Of a stretch of DNA of 64,000 nt, positions 1 to 10,711 are shown piece by piece. The position numbers were made by a program, and so were the translations under genes. The notes beneath the pieces were generated by a model. It saw nothing but the letters and a program-made list of their open reading frames with translations, made no database searches and was not told where the DNA came from. Position 1 is the first letter of the stretch. The number at the start of each line of letters is the position of its first letter. This stretch comes from Myxococcales bacterium (GTDB lineage Bacteria > Myxococcota_A > Polyangia > Polyangiales > DASUME01): contig JASGJH010000001.1 in assembly GCA_047601445.1 (NCBI GenBank), positions 6,816,001-6,880,000 of the forward strand. The letters run 5' to 3'.

Positions 1-2
1 AG

Positions 3-2378
3 ACCCTCGGCGAGGTCAAGGACGCCGCTGAAATTGCCGACATTCTGCTGCCCAACGCCAGCTACCCGAACGTGCACATTCGGGACGTGGCCGAGGTGAC
101 GGACGGCGTCGAGCGCGCGCGCTCGGCCAGCTTCCTCGATGGTCGCCCCGCCATCGGCCTGGTGATCCGCAAGCAAGCCGGATCCAACGCCGTCGCCATC
201 TCCAGCGAGGTGCGCAAGATCGTCGACGAGCTACGCCCTCGCCTCGAGGCCCAGGGCGCCACCCTGGCGATCCCCACCGACAACTCCGCGTACATCGCGC
301 GCACCATGCACGAGGTGCAGTTCGACCTGGTGCTCGGCGCCGTGTTGGCCGTGGTCATCATCATGCTCTTCTTGCGCGACCTGCGGGCCACCTTGATCAG
401 CGCGCTGGCGCTGCCCACCAGCGTGATCTCCACCTTCGCGGTGATGCACTGGCTCGATTTCAGCTTCAATCACGTGACCACGCTCGCGCTCTCCATCTCG
501 GTGGGCATCCTGATCGATGACGCCATCGTGGTGATCGAGAACATTCACCGGCACCTGGCGCAGGGCGAACCCCCCAAGCAGGCGGCCTCCAACGGCACGG
601 CGCAGATCTTCCTGGCCGTGCTCGCCACCACATCGTCCATCCTCGCGGTCTTCGTGCCAGTGGCCTTCATGGACGGCGTGGTCGGGCGCTTCCTGTATCA
701 GTTCGGGATCACCGTCTCGGTGGCGGTGGCCGTCTCGATGCTGGTCTCGGTGGTGCTCACGCCCATGCTGAGCTCGCGCTTTTTGCGGGTGGAGCATGGG
801 GAGCGGGGGGCCGTCGCTCGCGCCATCGAGGCGGGGCTCTCGCGCGTGGATCGCGCCTACGGTCGCATGATCGCCTGGGCGCTCGCGCACCGCGTGTGGA
901 CCTGTGGCCTCGGTGCGCTGGCGCTCGGGCTGTCGATCCTCGCAGTTGCGAACGTGAAAGCGGACTTCGTGCCGCCCGAGGATCGCGCGCAGTTCATGGT
1001 GAACATCGAGCTGCCGATGGGTGCCTCGGTGACCACCACGGGCGTCTTCGCCGAGCGGGTCGCCGCGGATCTGCGCCAGCAGGCGCCGGGCATCGAGCAC
1101 ACCTTCACCACCGTGGGCGGCGGGGCGCAACCCCAGAGCAACCTCGCGCAAGTGCAGGTCTCGCTGACCCCGAGCCGTCAGCGCGCGTTCTCGCAGGAAG
1201 AGCTGATGATCTGGGCGCGTCGGCGCTTGGCCAAGCTCGAGGGGGCCAAGGTCACGGTGCAGAAGATCGAGGTCATGGGTGCGGGCACGTTTCGCACCCA
1301 GCCCATCCAGTTCTATTTGCGCGGGTCCGACATGGAGGAGCTCGCGCAGGTCGCAGGCAAGCTGGAGAGCGAATTGCGCGGGGTGAAAGGTCTGGTGGAT
1401 CTGGACACCACCTATCGCGGAGGCAAGCCCGAGCTCAGCTTCGAGGTGAATCGCCCGGCTGCAGATGCGCTGGGGGTCCCCGTGGCTGCCGTCGCGTCCA
1501 CGGTGCGCGGGCTCATTGCTGGAGACAAGGTCAGCCAGATCAAGGATGGCGTCGATGTGTACGACGTGGCGGTGCAGCTGCCCGAGACCGACAAGGCAGC
1601 CCTGACCTCCCTCGACAACCTGCAAGTGCGGAGCGTGCGGGGAGAGCCAGTGGACCTCGGCGCCCTCACGCGGGTCACGCAGACCCAGGGGCCCGGCCAG
1701 ATCGAGCGCCAGGCGCGCCAGCGTCAGATCACCGTGCTCGCGTCGCTCGAGGCGATGGCCCTCGGTGAGGCCGTGCAGCGCGTGGAGGAGGTCGCTCGCA
1801 AGGTGGTGCCCGAGAACATGGTGAGGGGCTTCGTGGGCATGGCGGACACCATGGCCGAGAGCGCCAAGTCCATGGGCATCGCGATGTTCCTGGCAGTGGC
1901 CCTCGTGTACATGATCCTGGCCTCGCAGTTCGACAGCTTCTCGCAGCCCATCATGATCATGTCGTCCCTGCCGCTGTCGGTAATCGGGGCCTTCGGCGCG
2001 CTCTACTTGACGGGGCAGACGCTGAGCGTGTTGGTGATGATCGGCATCATGATGCTCATGGGCCTGGTCACCAAGAACGCCATCCTGCTCGTCGACTTCG
2101 CGAACCAACTGCGCGCCCAGGGCATGGGCGTGCACGAGGCGCTGGTGGAGGCCGGCGTCACACGACTTCGTCCGATCCTCATGACCACCGCGGCCATGGT
2201 GTTCGGCATGCTGCCCGTGGCACTGGCGATGAGCGAGGGAGGCGAAGTGCGAGCCCCCATGGCGATCTCCGTGATCGGGGGGCTCCTCACGTCCACCATG
2301 CTGACCTTGATCCTGGTGCCGGTGGCTTACTCATTGATGGAAGGGCGACGGGGTAGGCGCGACTTGGTGGAGCGCTGA
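3..2378 (+). CDS. RND efflux permease (AcrB/AcrD/AcrF family), 5'-partial
   Basis: Frame is open from position 3, so the true start is upstream of the window. Motifs [28 protein letters not shown] and RLRPILMTT; two TM blocks. Confidence 0.95.
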   Translation, partial: TLGEVKDAAEIADILLPNASYPNVHIRDVAEVTDGVERARSASFLDGRPAIGLVIRKQAGSNAVAISSEVRKIVDELRPRLEAQGATLAIPTDNSAYIARTMHEVQFDLVLGAVLAVVIIMLFLRDLRATLISALALPTSVISTFAVMHWLDFSFNHVTTLALSISVGILIDDAIVVIENIHRHLAQGEPPKQAASNGTAQIFLAVLATTSSILAVFVPVAFMDGVVGRFLYQFGITVSVAVAVSMLVSVVLTPMLSSRFLRVEHGERGAVARAIEAGLSRVDRAYGRMIAWALAHRVWTCGLGALALGLSILAVANVKADFVPPEDRAQFMVNIELPMGASVTTTGVFAERVAADLRQQAPGIEHTFTTVGGGAQPQSNLAQVQVSLTPSRQRAFSQEELMIWARRRLAKLEGAKVTVQKIEVMGAGTFRTQPIQFYLRGSDMEELAQVAGKLESELRGVKGLVDLDTTYRGGKPELSFEVNRPAADALGVPVAAVASTVRGLIAGDKVSQIKDGVDVYDVAVQLPETDKAALTSLDNLQVRSVRGEPVDLGALTRVTQTQGPGQIERQARQRQITVLASLEAMALGEAVQRVEEVARKVVPENMVRGFVGMADTMAESAKSMGIAMFLAVALVYMILASQFDSFSQPIMIMSSLPLSVIGAFGALYLTGQTLSVLVMIGIMMLMGLVTKNAILLVDFANQLRAQGMGVHEALVEAGVTRLRPILMTTAAMVFGMLPVALAMSEGGEVRAPMAISVIGGLLTSTMLTLILVPVAYSLMEGRRGRRDLVER

Positions 2379-2433
2379 GAGTCGAGCCGCGCTTGGCGCG
2401 GGTGGCTCCGACGTTGCGGCTTCTTGTTTGGGC

Positions 2434-2771
2434 TTAGCCCACCTGAGCGCCCGGCTTGCCCGCTTCGACCACGAAGGTGGCGATGGTGGACACTGGGGCC
2501 TCGGCCGTCGCGATCGAGCTCACGGCACGATACTCCGTGCTCCACAGCCCGGGGGTCACCTCACACACCAGATAGCCGTGGAAGAGAGCGTCGAAGAACA
2601 TGTCCACAGCGTCACGCCGCGACTGTCCGGGTCACCCGAGGCCACCCCGAGCGCGAACGGGTTCGTCCCGAGCGCCTTCGCGCTGGCGGCCGGCGCCCAG
2701 CGCGTGAAGGGAGCCAAGGCGGTCAGCGAGGCGACCGCCGAAACGCCGCCAACAAACAGTCGACGACTCAT
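2434..2771 (-). pseudogene. phoD: alkaline phosphatase D remnant with large internal deletion
   Basis: Tat signal MSRRLFVGG and PhoD N-terminal motif PFALGVASGDPDSRGVTLWT join out of frame at ~2601 to a PhoD-like C-terminus FFDALFHGYLVCEVTPGLWSTEYR...TFVVEAGKPGAQVG*. Confidence 0.8.
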
Positions 2772-2905
2772 CACGGGAGGATCCTTGCGTGGACTCACGG
2801 GCCTCCTGATCGCGTGCGGGGACGAAGCGCGCACGTGCACGATGTGCAGCGGGCAACACTAGGCGACGCCTGCGACGGGGCGCTGTGGGGCGCGCAACGA
2901 GTCGG

Positions 2906-4099
2906 TTACGAGCGCGTTGGGGAGGCAGGGGTGAGGCTCTTCGCGCGGGAGTTTCGCGACAAGAAAGGGGCTAGTTTACTCTGGAACGTCGCGTGGAATC
3001 GTCCCGCCAGCTCGGTGACCAGGAGCGAGCCTCCATGGCGACGATTGATGGGACCCCAGAGCCTCGCCAGCTCCTGGCGGTGCGAGATCGTTACCTCGTG
3101 ACGCTGGTTGATCAGCGCGAGCAGGAGGAAGTCGATCGAAAGCGAGAGCGCGATGGCGCGACGGAAGACGTACCGCTCCGGCGCAACGCTGATGACTGCG
3201 GGGGCCAGGAGCTTCGGATACAACAGGGGTAGGAATCGTGTGTTCGCGGTGATGAAGGCCAGGTTCCAGCTGGTGTAGAGCGCAACCCAGGCCGGCGAGA
3301 ACTCGTACTCAACCTCGGCCATCGTGGCGTCAATGGACACGCTGCGCGCGGAGACCGAAGCCAGAGCAAGCCCCGCCAAGGCATTGTCAGCCTGGCCGTG
3401 GAGCAAGTCCGTGACCACCGCCTCCATGATATTCAGCCACAGCACGAGTTTGCGCTGCTGAGCAGCGCGCGGACTGATGTGCCCCGAGAGGCGCGCTTCT
3501 CGCAGCTTGCGCAAACCGAAATCCATCGTGGCCTTCTTGACTGCCACGAAGGGACCAGCCAGGCGGGACACATCCGAGAACTCTCGTCCACGCCGAACGC
3601 CGCCGGACGCCTGCTGGTCTTCGAGGTGCTTGCGCACGGCGTCGAGAAAGTCCTGCTCTTCGCTCGCCCTGGCGACCAAGCGATCCAACACGAACAGGTG
3701 GGTGATGCAGCGCTCCAGGGCATGCTTCTCGCGGGCTACCCGCAGCATTCCGCGCGGCACGACGAGCGCCAGGAACTCGACGATTGGCGGCATGCCTGCG
3801 AGTGCGTGGCGTACGGAGGCGAGGATCGGAGCGAGCGACTGGGGCTCGCGCAGCGCCTCCTCCAGCAGGCGAGTGACCGCTGGACATGTCGCCAAGTGCA
3901 TGTCGTCACGCAGCACCGCCGCGACCATTTGCGGCTGAGTCCGAGCGTGGGGATCGATGCCGAGCTCGGCCAAGGCCGCGTCGACCACTTGCAAGGCAGA
4001 ACGTCGCGTGCCCCCCTGAGAGCGCGCATCCTCTGGGCTTCCGTGATGACGCGCAAGCTGATGAAGCTCGGATCGCAGGACTGATTCTGCAGTGGCCAT
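2906..4099 (-). CDS. hypothetical protein, paralog of 44455..45627 (C-terminal half reminiscent of DUF5692)
   Basis: Long ORF; AAGGAG 7 nt before the ATG at 4099; motifs LNIMEAV, DNALAG, WVALYTSWN and RRAIAL shared with the paralog. Confidence 0.75.
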   Translation of the reverse strand: MATAESVLRSELHQLARHHGSPEDARSQGGTRRSALQVVDAALAELGIDPHARTQPQMVAAVLRDDMHLATCPAVTRLLEEALREPQSLAPILASVRHALAGMPPIVEFLALVVPRGMLRVAREKHALERCITHLFVLDRLVARASEEQDFLDAVRKHLEDQQASGGVRRGREFSDVSRLAGPFVAVKKATMDFGLRKLREARLSGHISPRAAQQRKLVLWLNIMEAVVTDLLHGQADNALAGLALASVSARSVSIDATMAEVEYEFSPAWVALYTSWNLAFITANTRFLPLLYPKLLAPAVISVAPERYVFRRAIALSLSIDFLLLALINQRHEVTISHRQELARLWGPINRRHGGSLLVTELAGRFHATFQSKLAPFLSRNSRAKSLTPASPTRS

Positions 4100-4410
4100 T
4101 GTCATTCTCCTTGTTGACGGTTTGGGAGCTCTCACCGACGCGAAGCACCGCGTCGGACCAGTAGAGCTAGCTGAGCCACCATGCCCCAAGATTCAGGGCC
4201 AATCCGAACTCGCCGGCGTTCTAGGTCGTCTTGCCTAGCGCATGGGACCGAGCTGGCGTTGCGTCTACGCACCCGCGGACTCGCCCGTCGAGCGCGCTTA
4301 GGCTATCCGTACAATACCCAGCGCTTCACGCGCCTGTCATAAGTGCGCCATCTGGGTGCGGCTGATTCAGCGCGCCCCTTCGTCCTAACTCGGGTTCCGC
4401 TGGAGAAGCG

Positions 4411-6582
4411 ATGTCATACGGTGTCGTGCCGCGTTGTGCACGGGCGGGCTTCGCCCTCCTGCTCGTGATGGCTTGCCTGGCGATCGGCTGCAAGAAACGT
4501 GGCGAGGGTGCGCAGCAGGAAGCGGCGAGCAGCTCCGATCCACTCGTGATCGGCGCCTTCTTCTCCATGACCGGCGCGACGGCCACGTTCGGTACGACCA
4601 GCGTGCGTGGCGCTCAGATGGCCGTCGAGGAGGTGAACGCGGCCGGTGGCATCAAGGGGCGCAAGATCGAGCTCGTGGTGCTCGATGATCAGGGCAAGAC
4701 GGACGAGGCCACCAGCGCAGTCGCGCGTTTGATCGACGTGAACCACGCCATCGCGATCGTCGGTGAGGTGGCGTCGACGCTCTCGCTGGCGGGCGGTCGC
4801 ATCGCGCAACGACGCCAGATCCCCATGGTCTCTCCCTCGAGCACCAACCCGAAGGTCACCGAGATCGGCGACTACGTGTTTCGCGTGTGCTTCCTCGATC
4901 CGTTTCAGGGCTTCGCGATGGCCAAGTTTGCGCGGGAAAACTTGAAGCTGAGCAAGGTCGCGGTACTCAAGGACGTCCGCAACGACTACTCGCTCGGTCT
5001 AAGCGACGCCTTCATCAAGGCCTTCACCGCGGCGGGCGGTGAGATTGTGGGTATCGAGAGCTACAGCGCGGGCGACACCGAGTACAGCGCCCAGCTCACC
5101 AAGCTCAAAGACACGGGCCTCGAGGGCCTCTACGTGCCGGGCTACTACACCGAGGTGGGCGCCATCGCGCGCCAGGCGCGGCGCCTGGGCATCACGGCGC
5201 CGTTGATGGGAGGCGACGGCTGGGAGAGCCCCGAGCTGCGCGGCATCGGCGGTCAGGACATCCTGGGTTCCTACTTCACGAATCACTTCGCCCACGACCA
5301 GCCCTCCGAGACCGCCAAGAAATTCACGGCCGCCTACGAGCGCAAGTACCACGAGCCCACGCCCGCTCTGACTTCCCTCGGTTACGATGCGGTCATGGTG
5401 GTGGCGGCGGCCATGCGGCGCGCCGAGGCGCTCACGCCCAAGGGCATTCGGGATGCCCTCAGCCAGACCAAGGAGTTTGCGGCCGTCACCGGCACGCTCA
5501 CGCTCGACGCTCAGCGCAACCCGGTCAAGCCCGCGGTGGTGGTGCGTGTCACCGACTCCGGAGAGGTCTTCGCGGCGGAGGTCGCGCCAGGAGAAGCGAG
5601 CAAGGCGGCGCCGGCCGTCGTGGCGCCGGCGCCGGGCCAGAAGGCCAACCCGGTCTCACGCGGCAACGCCGTGGCCACCTTCTTTCAGCAGCTGGTCAAT
5701 GGGCTCTCGATTGGCTCCATCTACGCGCTGATCGCCCTCGGCTACACGATGGTCTTCGGCGTGCTCAAGATGATCAACTTCGCCCACAGCGAGGTGTTCA
5801 TGCTCGGCGCCTTTTCTGGGCTCTATGCAGCGCTCGGCCTTGGCTTCGATCCCGCGCATCCCCAGGCGTTCGGGATCGAGCGCGTGCTGTTGGTGCTGCT
5901 GGTGGCCATGGCCGCGTGCGCCGCGGGCGGTGTGATCGTCGAGCGCCTCGCCTATCGGCCCCTGCGCGGTGCCCAGCGCTTGGCGCCCTTGATCACCGCT
6001 ATCGGTGTGTCGATCTTGCTGCAAAACCTGAGCATCCTGGTGTTCGGCGCGAGCCCTCGCTCGTTCCCGATGATTGTGAGCGAGACCCGCTATCAGGTCG
6101 CAGGCGTGGTGCTCACCAACATCAAGCTGATGATCTTCGCGCTCAGCGCCGTGCTGATGTTGGCCTTGCAGTACCTGATTCAGCGCACCTGGACAGGGCG
6201 GGCCATGCGAGCGCTGTCGGTCAATCTGGCGGCGGCCAAGCTGATGGGCATCTCGGTCAATCGCGTGATCGCGTTCACTTTTGTGATCGGGTCTGCGCTT
6301 GCAGCAGCGGGCGGCATCCTGTTTGGCCTGGATCAGGCGAAGATCGAGCCGTTGATGGGCGTGATGGCGGGCCTCAAGGCATTCGTGGCCGCCGTGCTGG
6401 GCGGCATCGGCAGCATTCCAGGGGCTGCGGTGGGTGGCGTGATGATCGGTGTCGCCGAGCAGCTCACGGCCGGTTACCTGTCTGCAGACTATCGCGACGC
6501 CATCACCTTCACGATTTTGATCGGCGTGTTGTTGGTGCGCCCTCAGGGACTCTTCGGAACCGTCAAGATTGAGAAGGTTTGA
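4411..6582 (+). CDS. branched-chain amino acid ABC substrate-binding lipoprotein (LivJ/K-like) fused to LivH-like permease
   Basis: Lipobox LAIGC; SBP motifs NAAGGIKGRKIEL and YVFRVCFLD; Ala/Pro linker; then LivH motifs QQLVNGLSIGSIYALIALGYTMVFGVLKMINFAH and KAFVAAVLGGIG in one frame. Confidence 0.9.
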   Translation: MSYGVVPRCARAGFALLLVMACLAIGCKKRGEGAQQEAASSSDPLVIGAFFSMTGATATFGTTSVRGAQMAVEEVNAAGGIKGRKIELVVLDDQGKTDEATSAVARLIDVNHAIAIVGEVASTLSLAGGRIAQRRQIPMVSPSSTNPKVTEIGDYVFRVCFLDPFQGFAMAKFARENLKLSKVAVLKDVRNDYSLGLSDAFIKAFTAAGGEIVGIESYSAGDTEYSAQLTKLKDTGLEGLYVPGYYTEVGAIARQARRLGITAPLMGGDGWESPELRGIGGQDILGSYFTNHFAHDQPSETAKKFTAAYERKYHEPTPALTSLGYDAVMVVAAAMRRAEALTPKGIRDALSQTKEFAAVTGTLTLDAQRNPVKPAVVVRVTDSGEVFAAEVAPGEASKAAPAVVAPAPGQKANPVSRGNAVATFFQQLVNGLSIGSIYALIALGYTMVFGVLKMINFAHSEVFMLGAFSGLYAALGLGFDPAHPQAFGIERVLLVLLVAMAACAAGGVIVERLAYRPLRGAQRLAPLITAIGVSILLQNLSILVFGASPRSFPMIVSETRYQVAGVVLTNIKLMIFALSAVLMLALQYLIQRTWTGRAMRALSVNLAAAKLMGISVNRVIAFTFVIGSALAAAGGILFGLDQAKIEPLMGVMAGLKAFVAAVLGGIGSIPGAAVGGVMIGVAEQLTAGYLSADYRDAITFTILIGVLLVRPQGLFGTVKIEKV

Positions 6583-6585
6583 ACG

Positions 6586-7596
6586 ATGGACATGTGGCTC
6601 AAGAGGGTGCTGGTCGTCTCCGGGGTGCTGGCGGCCGCGTATGGTCTCGGCGGGGTGTTGGAAGCCAACGTCATCGAGTATGTGCTGCGCATCATCCTCT
6701 TCTGCGGCATCAACAGCATCCTGGCCGTGGGGCTGAACCTGATCAACGGCACGACCGGGCAGTTCTCGATCGGTCACGCCGGCTTCATGGCGGTCGGCGC
6801 CTACACCACGGCATTCATGGTCATCCAGCTGGAGAACGTGCTCTTTCCGGGGCACGCGGGCCAGCTCTCGTTCCTGGAGGTGGCGCTCGTCTTCACGCCC
6901 TCGCTGTTGGCGGGCGCGCTGCTGGCGGGGGCGAGCGGCCTGCTGGTGGGCATCCCGAGCTTGCGCCTGCGCGGCGACTATCTGGCCATCGTCACGCTCG
7001 GCTTCGGCGAGATCCTGCGCCTGCTCTTCAACAACGCCACGTTTCTCGGCGGCGCCACGGGTTACTCGGGGCAGCGCTCCCTGGGCCTGCCCATCTACAC
7101 GGACTTCTTCTGGACGTTTGCCTGGGCTCTGCTGGTGATCACCTTGCTCAACAACCTCACCCATTCGAGCTACGGGCGGGCCCTGCGCGCCATCCGGGAC
7201 GACGAAATCGCGGCCGAGGCCTGTGGCATCCCCACCACCCGCCTCAAGGTGCTGGCCTTCTCGCTCAGCGCGGCCGCCGCCGGCGTCGCGGGCGGCCTGT
7301 TCGCGCATCTGCAGAGCACGATTCGCCCCGACGACTTCAAGTTCGATCGCTCCATCGACATGATCGTGATGATCATCGTGGGTGGGCTCGGCAGCGTAAC
7401 GGGGGCGATCCTCGGCGCGCTGTTCGTGGGCGTCACCCTGGAGCTCTCGCGTGACCTGCAGGAATATCGGCTGGTGATCTACGCCTTGCTGCTGATCCTG
7501 TTGATGGTGTTTCGGCCCCAGGGGCTACTCGGACGCTACGAGCTCCAGCTGGGTGGTCTCTTCAAGCGCATGGCGCGCAGGGAGCAGGTGGTCTGA
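6586..7596 (+). CDS. livM: branched-chain amino acid ABC permease LivM
   Basis: GQFSIGHAGF, LRLRGDYLAIVTLGFGEI, GRALRAIRDDEIAA. Confidence 0.93.
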   Translation: MDMWLKRVLVVSGVLAAAYGLGGVLEANVIEYVLRIILFCGINSILAVGLNLINGTTGQFSIGHAGFMAVGAYTTAFMVIQLENVLFPGHAGQLSFLEVALVFTPSLLAGALLAGASGLLVGIPSLRLRGDYLAIVTLGFGEILRLLFNNATFLGGATGYSGQRSLGLPIYTDFFWTFAWALLVITLLNNLTHSSYGRALRAIRDDEIAAEACGIPTTRLKVLAFSLSAAAAGVAGGLFAHLQSTIRPDDFKFDRSIDMIVMIIVGGLGSVTGAILGALFVGVTLELSRDLQEYRLVIYALLLILLMVFRPQGLLGRYELQLGGLFKRMARREQVV

Positions 7597-8420
7597 TGCT
7601 ATCGCTGCGAGACGTCACGAAGTGCTTCGGAGGGCTGAGGGCCATCGGGGGAGTGAGCCTCGACGTCGAAGCGGGTCAGATCTTCGGCTTGATCGGGCCC
7701 AACGGCGCCGGCAAGACCACGCTCTTCAACTGCATCAGCGGTCACTATCGACCGGACTCGGGCGAAGTGCGCTTCCAGGGCCGTTCGCTGGTGGGTTTGA
7801 AGCCGTCCGAGATCGCCCTGGCGGGGCTGGCACGCACGTTTCAAAACGTGCGCCTGTTCGGGGAGATGAGCGTCCGCGAGAATGTCCTGGTGGCCGCGCA
7901 CCATCGGACGCTGGCGGGCGTGTTCGGCTCCATGGTGCGCAGCAGGACCTGGAACGAAGACGAGTGGGAGGTCCACAAGCGGGCCGACGAGTTGCTCGAC
8001 ATCTTCGGCCTGCGCTGGCTCAGCGATGAGCAGGCCAATTCGCTACCCTACGGCTCCCAGCGTAGGCTCGAGATCGCCCGCGCCCTGATGCTCGACCCCG
8101 AGCTCTTGCTGCTCGACGAGCCCGCCGCGGGTCTCAACTCGACCGAGGCCGACAAGCTCAAGGACCAAATCAAGTGGTTGCGCGAGCGCTTCAACCTGAG
8201 CGTGGTGTTGGTGGAGCACAACATGCAAGTGGTGATGGGGGCCTGCGACTATGTGCACTGCCTCGACCACGGCGAGACCATCGCCGCGGGCAGCCCCAGC
8301 GAGGTGCAGAGTCATCCGGCGGTGCTGTCGGCCTACCTGGGAGAGGATCCGCTGGCCGCGCGCGCCGATCTCCCGGAATCGAATGCCAGCGCGCTTCCTG
8401 CAGGAGGAACCCATGGCTGA
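7596..8420 (+). CDS. livG: branched-chain amino acid ABC ATPase LivG
   Basis: Walker A GPNGAGKT, ARTFQN, LPYGSQRRLEIARAL, LLLDEPAAG. Confidence 0.93.
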   Translation: MLSLRDVTKCFGGLRAIGGVSLDVEAGQIFGLIGPNGAGKTTLFNCISGHYRPDSGEVRFQGRSLVGLKPSEIALAGLARTFQNVRLFGEMSVRENVLVAAHHRTLAGVFGSMVRSRTWNEDEWEVHKRADELLDIFGLRWLSDEQANSLPYGSQRRLEIARALMLDPELLLLDEPAAGLNSTEADKLKDQIKWLRERFNLSVVLVEHNMQVVMGACDYVHCLDHGETIAAGSPSEVQSHPAVLSAYLGEDPLAARADLPESNASALPAGGTHG

Positions 8421-9135
8421 GTTGGCGCTCGAAGCCAAGGACCTCGCGGTGGCCTACGGCGGCATCCGCGCCGTGAAAGGCATCTCGTTCGATGTCGAAC
8501 CCGGCGAGATCGTGGCGCTGCTCGGCTCGAACGGGGCTGGAAAGACCAGCACGCTGCGTGGGATCGTGCAGCTGGTGAAGAGCCAGGGGCTGGTTCGTGT
8601 CTTCGGCAAGCAGGTCAATGCGCTCGAGACCAACCAGGTAGCGGGGCTCGGCGTAGCCTTGGTGCCGGAAGGTCGCGGCGTGTTCACGGGCATGTCAGTG
8701 CGGGAGAACCTCGAGCTCGGGGCCTACGTGAAGCGCGACCCACGCGGCATGCAGGAGCGCATGGCACGCGTGATGAAGTTGTTTCCGAGGCTCGGTGAGC
8801 GCTTGAGTCAGGACGCGGGCACGCTGAGCGGAGGGGAACAGCAGATGCTCGCCATCGGCAGGGCGCTGATGGCGGACCCGCGCATCATCCTGCTCGACGA
8901 GCCATCGCTCGGGCTCTCGCCGAAGCTGGTTGGGGAGATCTTCGCGGCCATCCGAGAGATCGCGGCCTCGGGGCTCACCATCATGCTGGTCGAGCAGAAC
9001 ACCCGGCTGGCCCTCGAGACCGCCTCGCGCGCCTACGTGCTGGTGACTGGCGAGGTCGTGCTGAGCGGCAAAGCCAAGGAGCTGCGCGACGACCCGCGCG
9101 TCAAGGCGGCCTATCTCGGCGGCGCGATCGAGTAG
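8413..9135 (+). CDS. livF: branched-chain amino acid ABC ATPase LivF
   Basis: GGAGG RBS before the ATG at 8413; GSNGAGKT, VPEGR, LSGGEQQMLAIGRAL, DEPSLGL. Confidence 0.93.
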   Translation: MAELALEAKDLAVAYGGIRAVKGISFDVEPGEIVALLGSNGAGKTSTLRGIVQLVKSQGLVRVFGKQVNALETNQVAGLGVALVPEGRGVFTGMSVRENLELGAYVKRDPRGMQERMARVMKLFPRLGERLSQDAGTLSGGEQQMLAIGRALMADPRIILLDEPSLGLSPKLVGEIFAAIREIAASGLTIMLVEQNTRLALETASRAYVLVTGEVVLSGKAKELRDDPRVKAAYLGGAIE

Positions 9136-9138
9136 CGC

Positions 9139-10398
9139 TCAGGGATGGCGAGCCATCGGCAAGTCCGGTGCGTAGGCGCCGGCGCCGTAGGCATCGCAGA
9201 ACTCCTGCATGCTCTTGTCCTTGTAGACCGGGTCCATCGCTACGAGCGCGGGGCGAACCGCGTTCCACAGCAAGATGGGTCCATTCTCGACGTTGTAGTC
9301 CTTGGCGACGATCACCAGGTCGAGCCCGGGGTGCATCACGATGTACTGGCCGCCTGCGCCCTGGGCGCTGAACACACCCACGTCGTAGAGCTGACTGCAG
9401 GTGCCGCCGGGGACTGCGTTGAGGCAGCTGGTTGCACTCGAGATGCCGTGCGGATAGGCGGGCCAAAACGCCGCGGGAGCGCAGGGGTCGCCATTGGGAT
9501 AGAGGTTTTCCGAGGGAGGGTTGAGGATGTTGCCGCCCACGCCATGAGCGTTGCCGCGGTGATTGAGCCAGGTCAAATGTCCGTAAGACGTGTTGGCGTC
9601 CTCGAAGGCAGGGTGCGACATCCGGTAAACCCACTCGCTCGCGATCAGGCGCTCGCCGTTGTACCAGCCGTCGTGGAGCAGCAGCATGCCTAGCCTGCCC
9701 ATCTCGGACATGTTGGCGTACCAGCCGGCCGCGATGCCGAGCGGAACCGGCAGCCAGTAGGACTTGGTCATGCCCAGCTTGTCGAAGATCTGGGCTTCCA
9801 CGAAGTCCGAGGCATCGCTGCCGAGCGAGGGGATTTGCTTGATGCACTTCTTGGTCACGTCGATCAGCGTGTTGATCTGGACGCTGCCGACGGTGTCGTA
9901 CTCGAACTCTTTTTGGCCATAGTCGAGGCTCGCGTTGTCCGCGCACATGGACATCACGTGGGTCAGGCGGGCGTTCGAGTTGTAATTCACGCTGCGCAGC
10001 CAGTCGGTGGCTTTGTCTTCGGGCAGGATGGGCCCGGTGCCTGGGCCCGTGCGCGGGATGTTGCGCGTGAGATAGGCAGCGCGTCCTAGCATCAAGCCGC
10101 CCAGGGTCTTGGTGGCCGAGAACATCGAGGCGACGTTGTCGGAGCCCTTCATGAAGCACTGCTTACCGTATCGAAAGATGGCGTAGTTCGGGATGTCCGC
10201 GGTGAGCTTGCTGGCGTCCAGGCCGCACACGCTTGGCGCCACCTTTTGCCAGGCACCGGTGCCGGGATCGCGGAAGTTGGCTTCGCTACCGAGCAGGGCC
10301 GAGTCGGACTCACCGACCGCTTCGGCTGCGTCCCCGTCGCTGTCCGCGGCGAGGCAGCCGGCGAGCAGGCAGGCCAGACCCAGGGCCAGGCTTCGCAT
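9139..10398 (-). CDS. serine hydrolase (beta-lactamase/penicillin-binding-like family) lipoprotein
   Basis: Lipobox LAGC, SxxK motif FSATKT, FEYDT, GRLGMLLLHDGWYNGERLI, SAQGAGGQ; start uncertain (ORF extends to 10536). Confidence 0.8.
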   Translation of the reverse strand: MRSLALGLACLLAGCLAADSDGDAAEAVGESDSALLGSEANFRDPGTGAWQKVAPSVCGLDASKLTADIPNYAIFRYGKQCFMKGSDNVASMFSATKTLGGLMLGRAAYLTRNIPRTGPGTGPILPEDKATDWLRSVNYNSNARLTHVMSMCADNASLDYGQKEFEYDTVGSVQINTLIDVTKKCIKQIPSLGSDASDFVEAQIFDKLGMTKSYWLPVPLGIAAGWYANMSEMGRLGMLLLHDGWYNGERLIASEWVYRMSHPAFEDANTSYGHLTWLNHRGNAHGVGGNILNPPSENLYPNGDPCAPAAFWPAYPHGISSATSCLNAVPGGTCSQLYDVGVFSAQGAGGQYIVMHPGLDLVIVAKDYNVENGPILLWNAVRPALVAMDPVYKDKSMQEFCDAYGAGAYAPDLPMARHP

Positions 10399-10580
10399 CT
10401 GGTGCGCTGAACTTTGCGGCGATGCTGAAGGAATTTCGACGGTACTCGGCATGGATGGGCGGGGCGTGGGATGCAGCATGGACCCTCGGATGTGCACAGA
10501 TCGTCCTAGCAGGGCGCCGCCGCGTCTGGGCGCCAAAAGGGAGCGATTAGGACATGAGGACTAGGCGCTCGGGCGACTAG

Positions 10581-10661
10581 TACGAAAGGCCTATGGCGAA
10601 CCGCTGTTCGGATGGCTGGCTCGGGGAGACCGCAGCCTAGTTCGGCACTAGACCATTCGTT
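10581..10661. promoter_or_regulatory. two copies of the recurring motif upstream of the MMPL gene
   Basis: TACGAAAGGCCTAT (10581-10594, +) and AACGAATGGTCTAG (10648-10661, -). Confidence 0.5.
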
Positions 10662-10711
10662 CATCTGGTCGAGCTCCTCGAACGACTGCAACCTGGGTTG
10701 ACCTCAACCCT

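Noticed and set aside
231..2135. Long antisense or alternative-frame ORFs (e.g. 231..2135, 5656..7308, 34890..36500, 38670..40544, 42487..44214, 52617..54731)
   Set aside because: Shadow ORFs typical of high-GC DNA; they overlap well-supported genes and carry no family motifs.
2379..2433. Possible terminator hairpin between the RND gene and the phoD remnant
   Set aside because: Imperfect stem and no clear adjacent U-tract; not supportable by eye.
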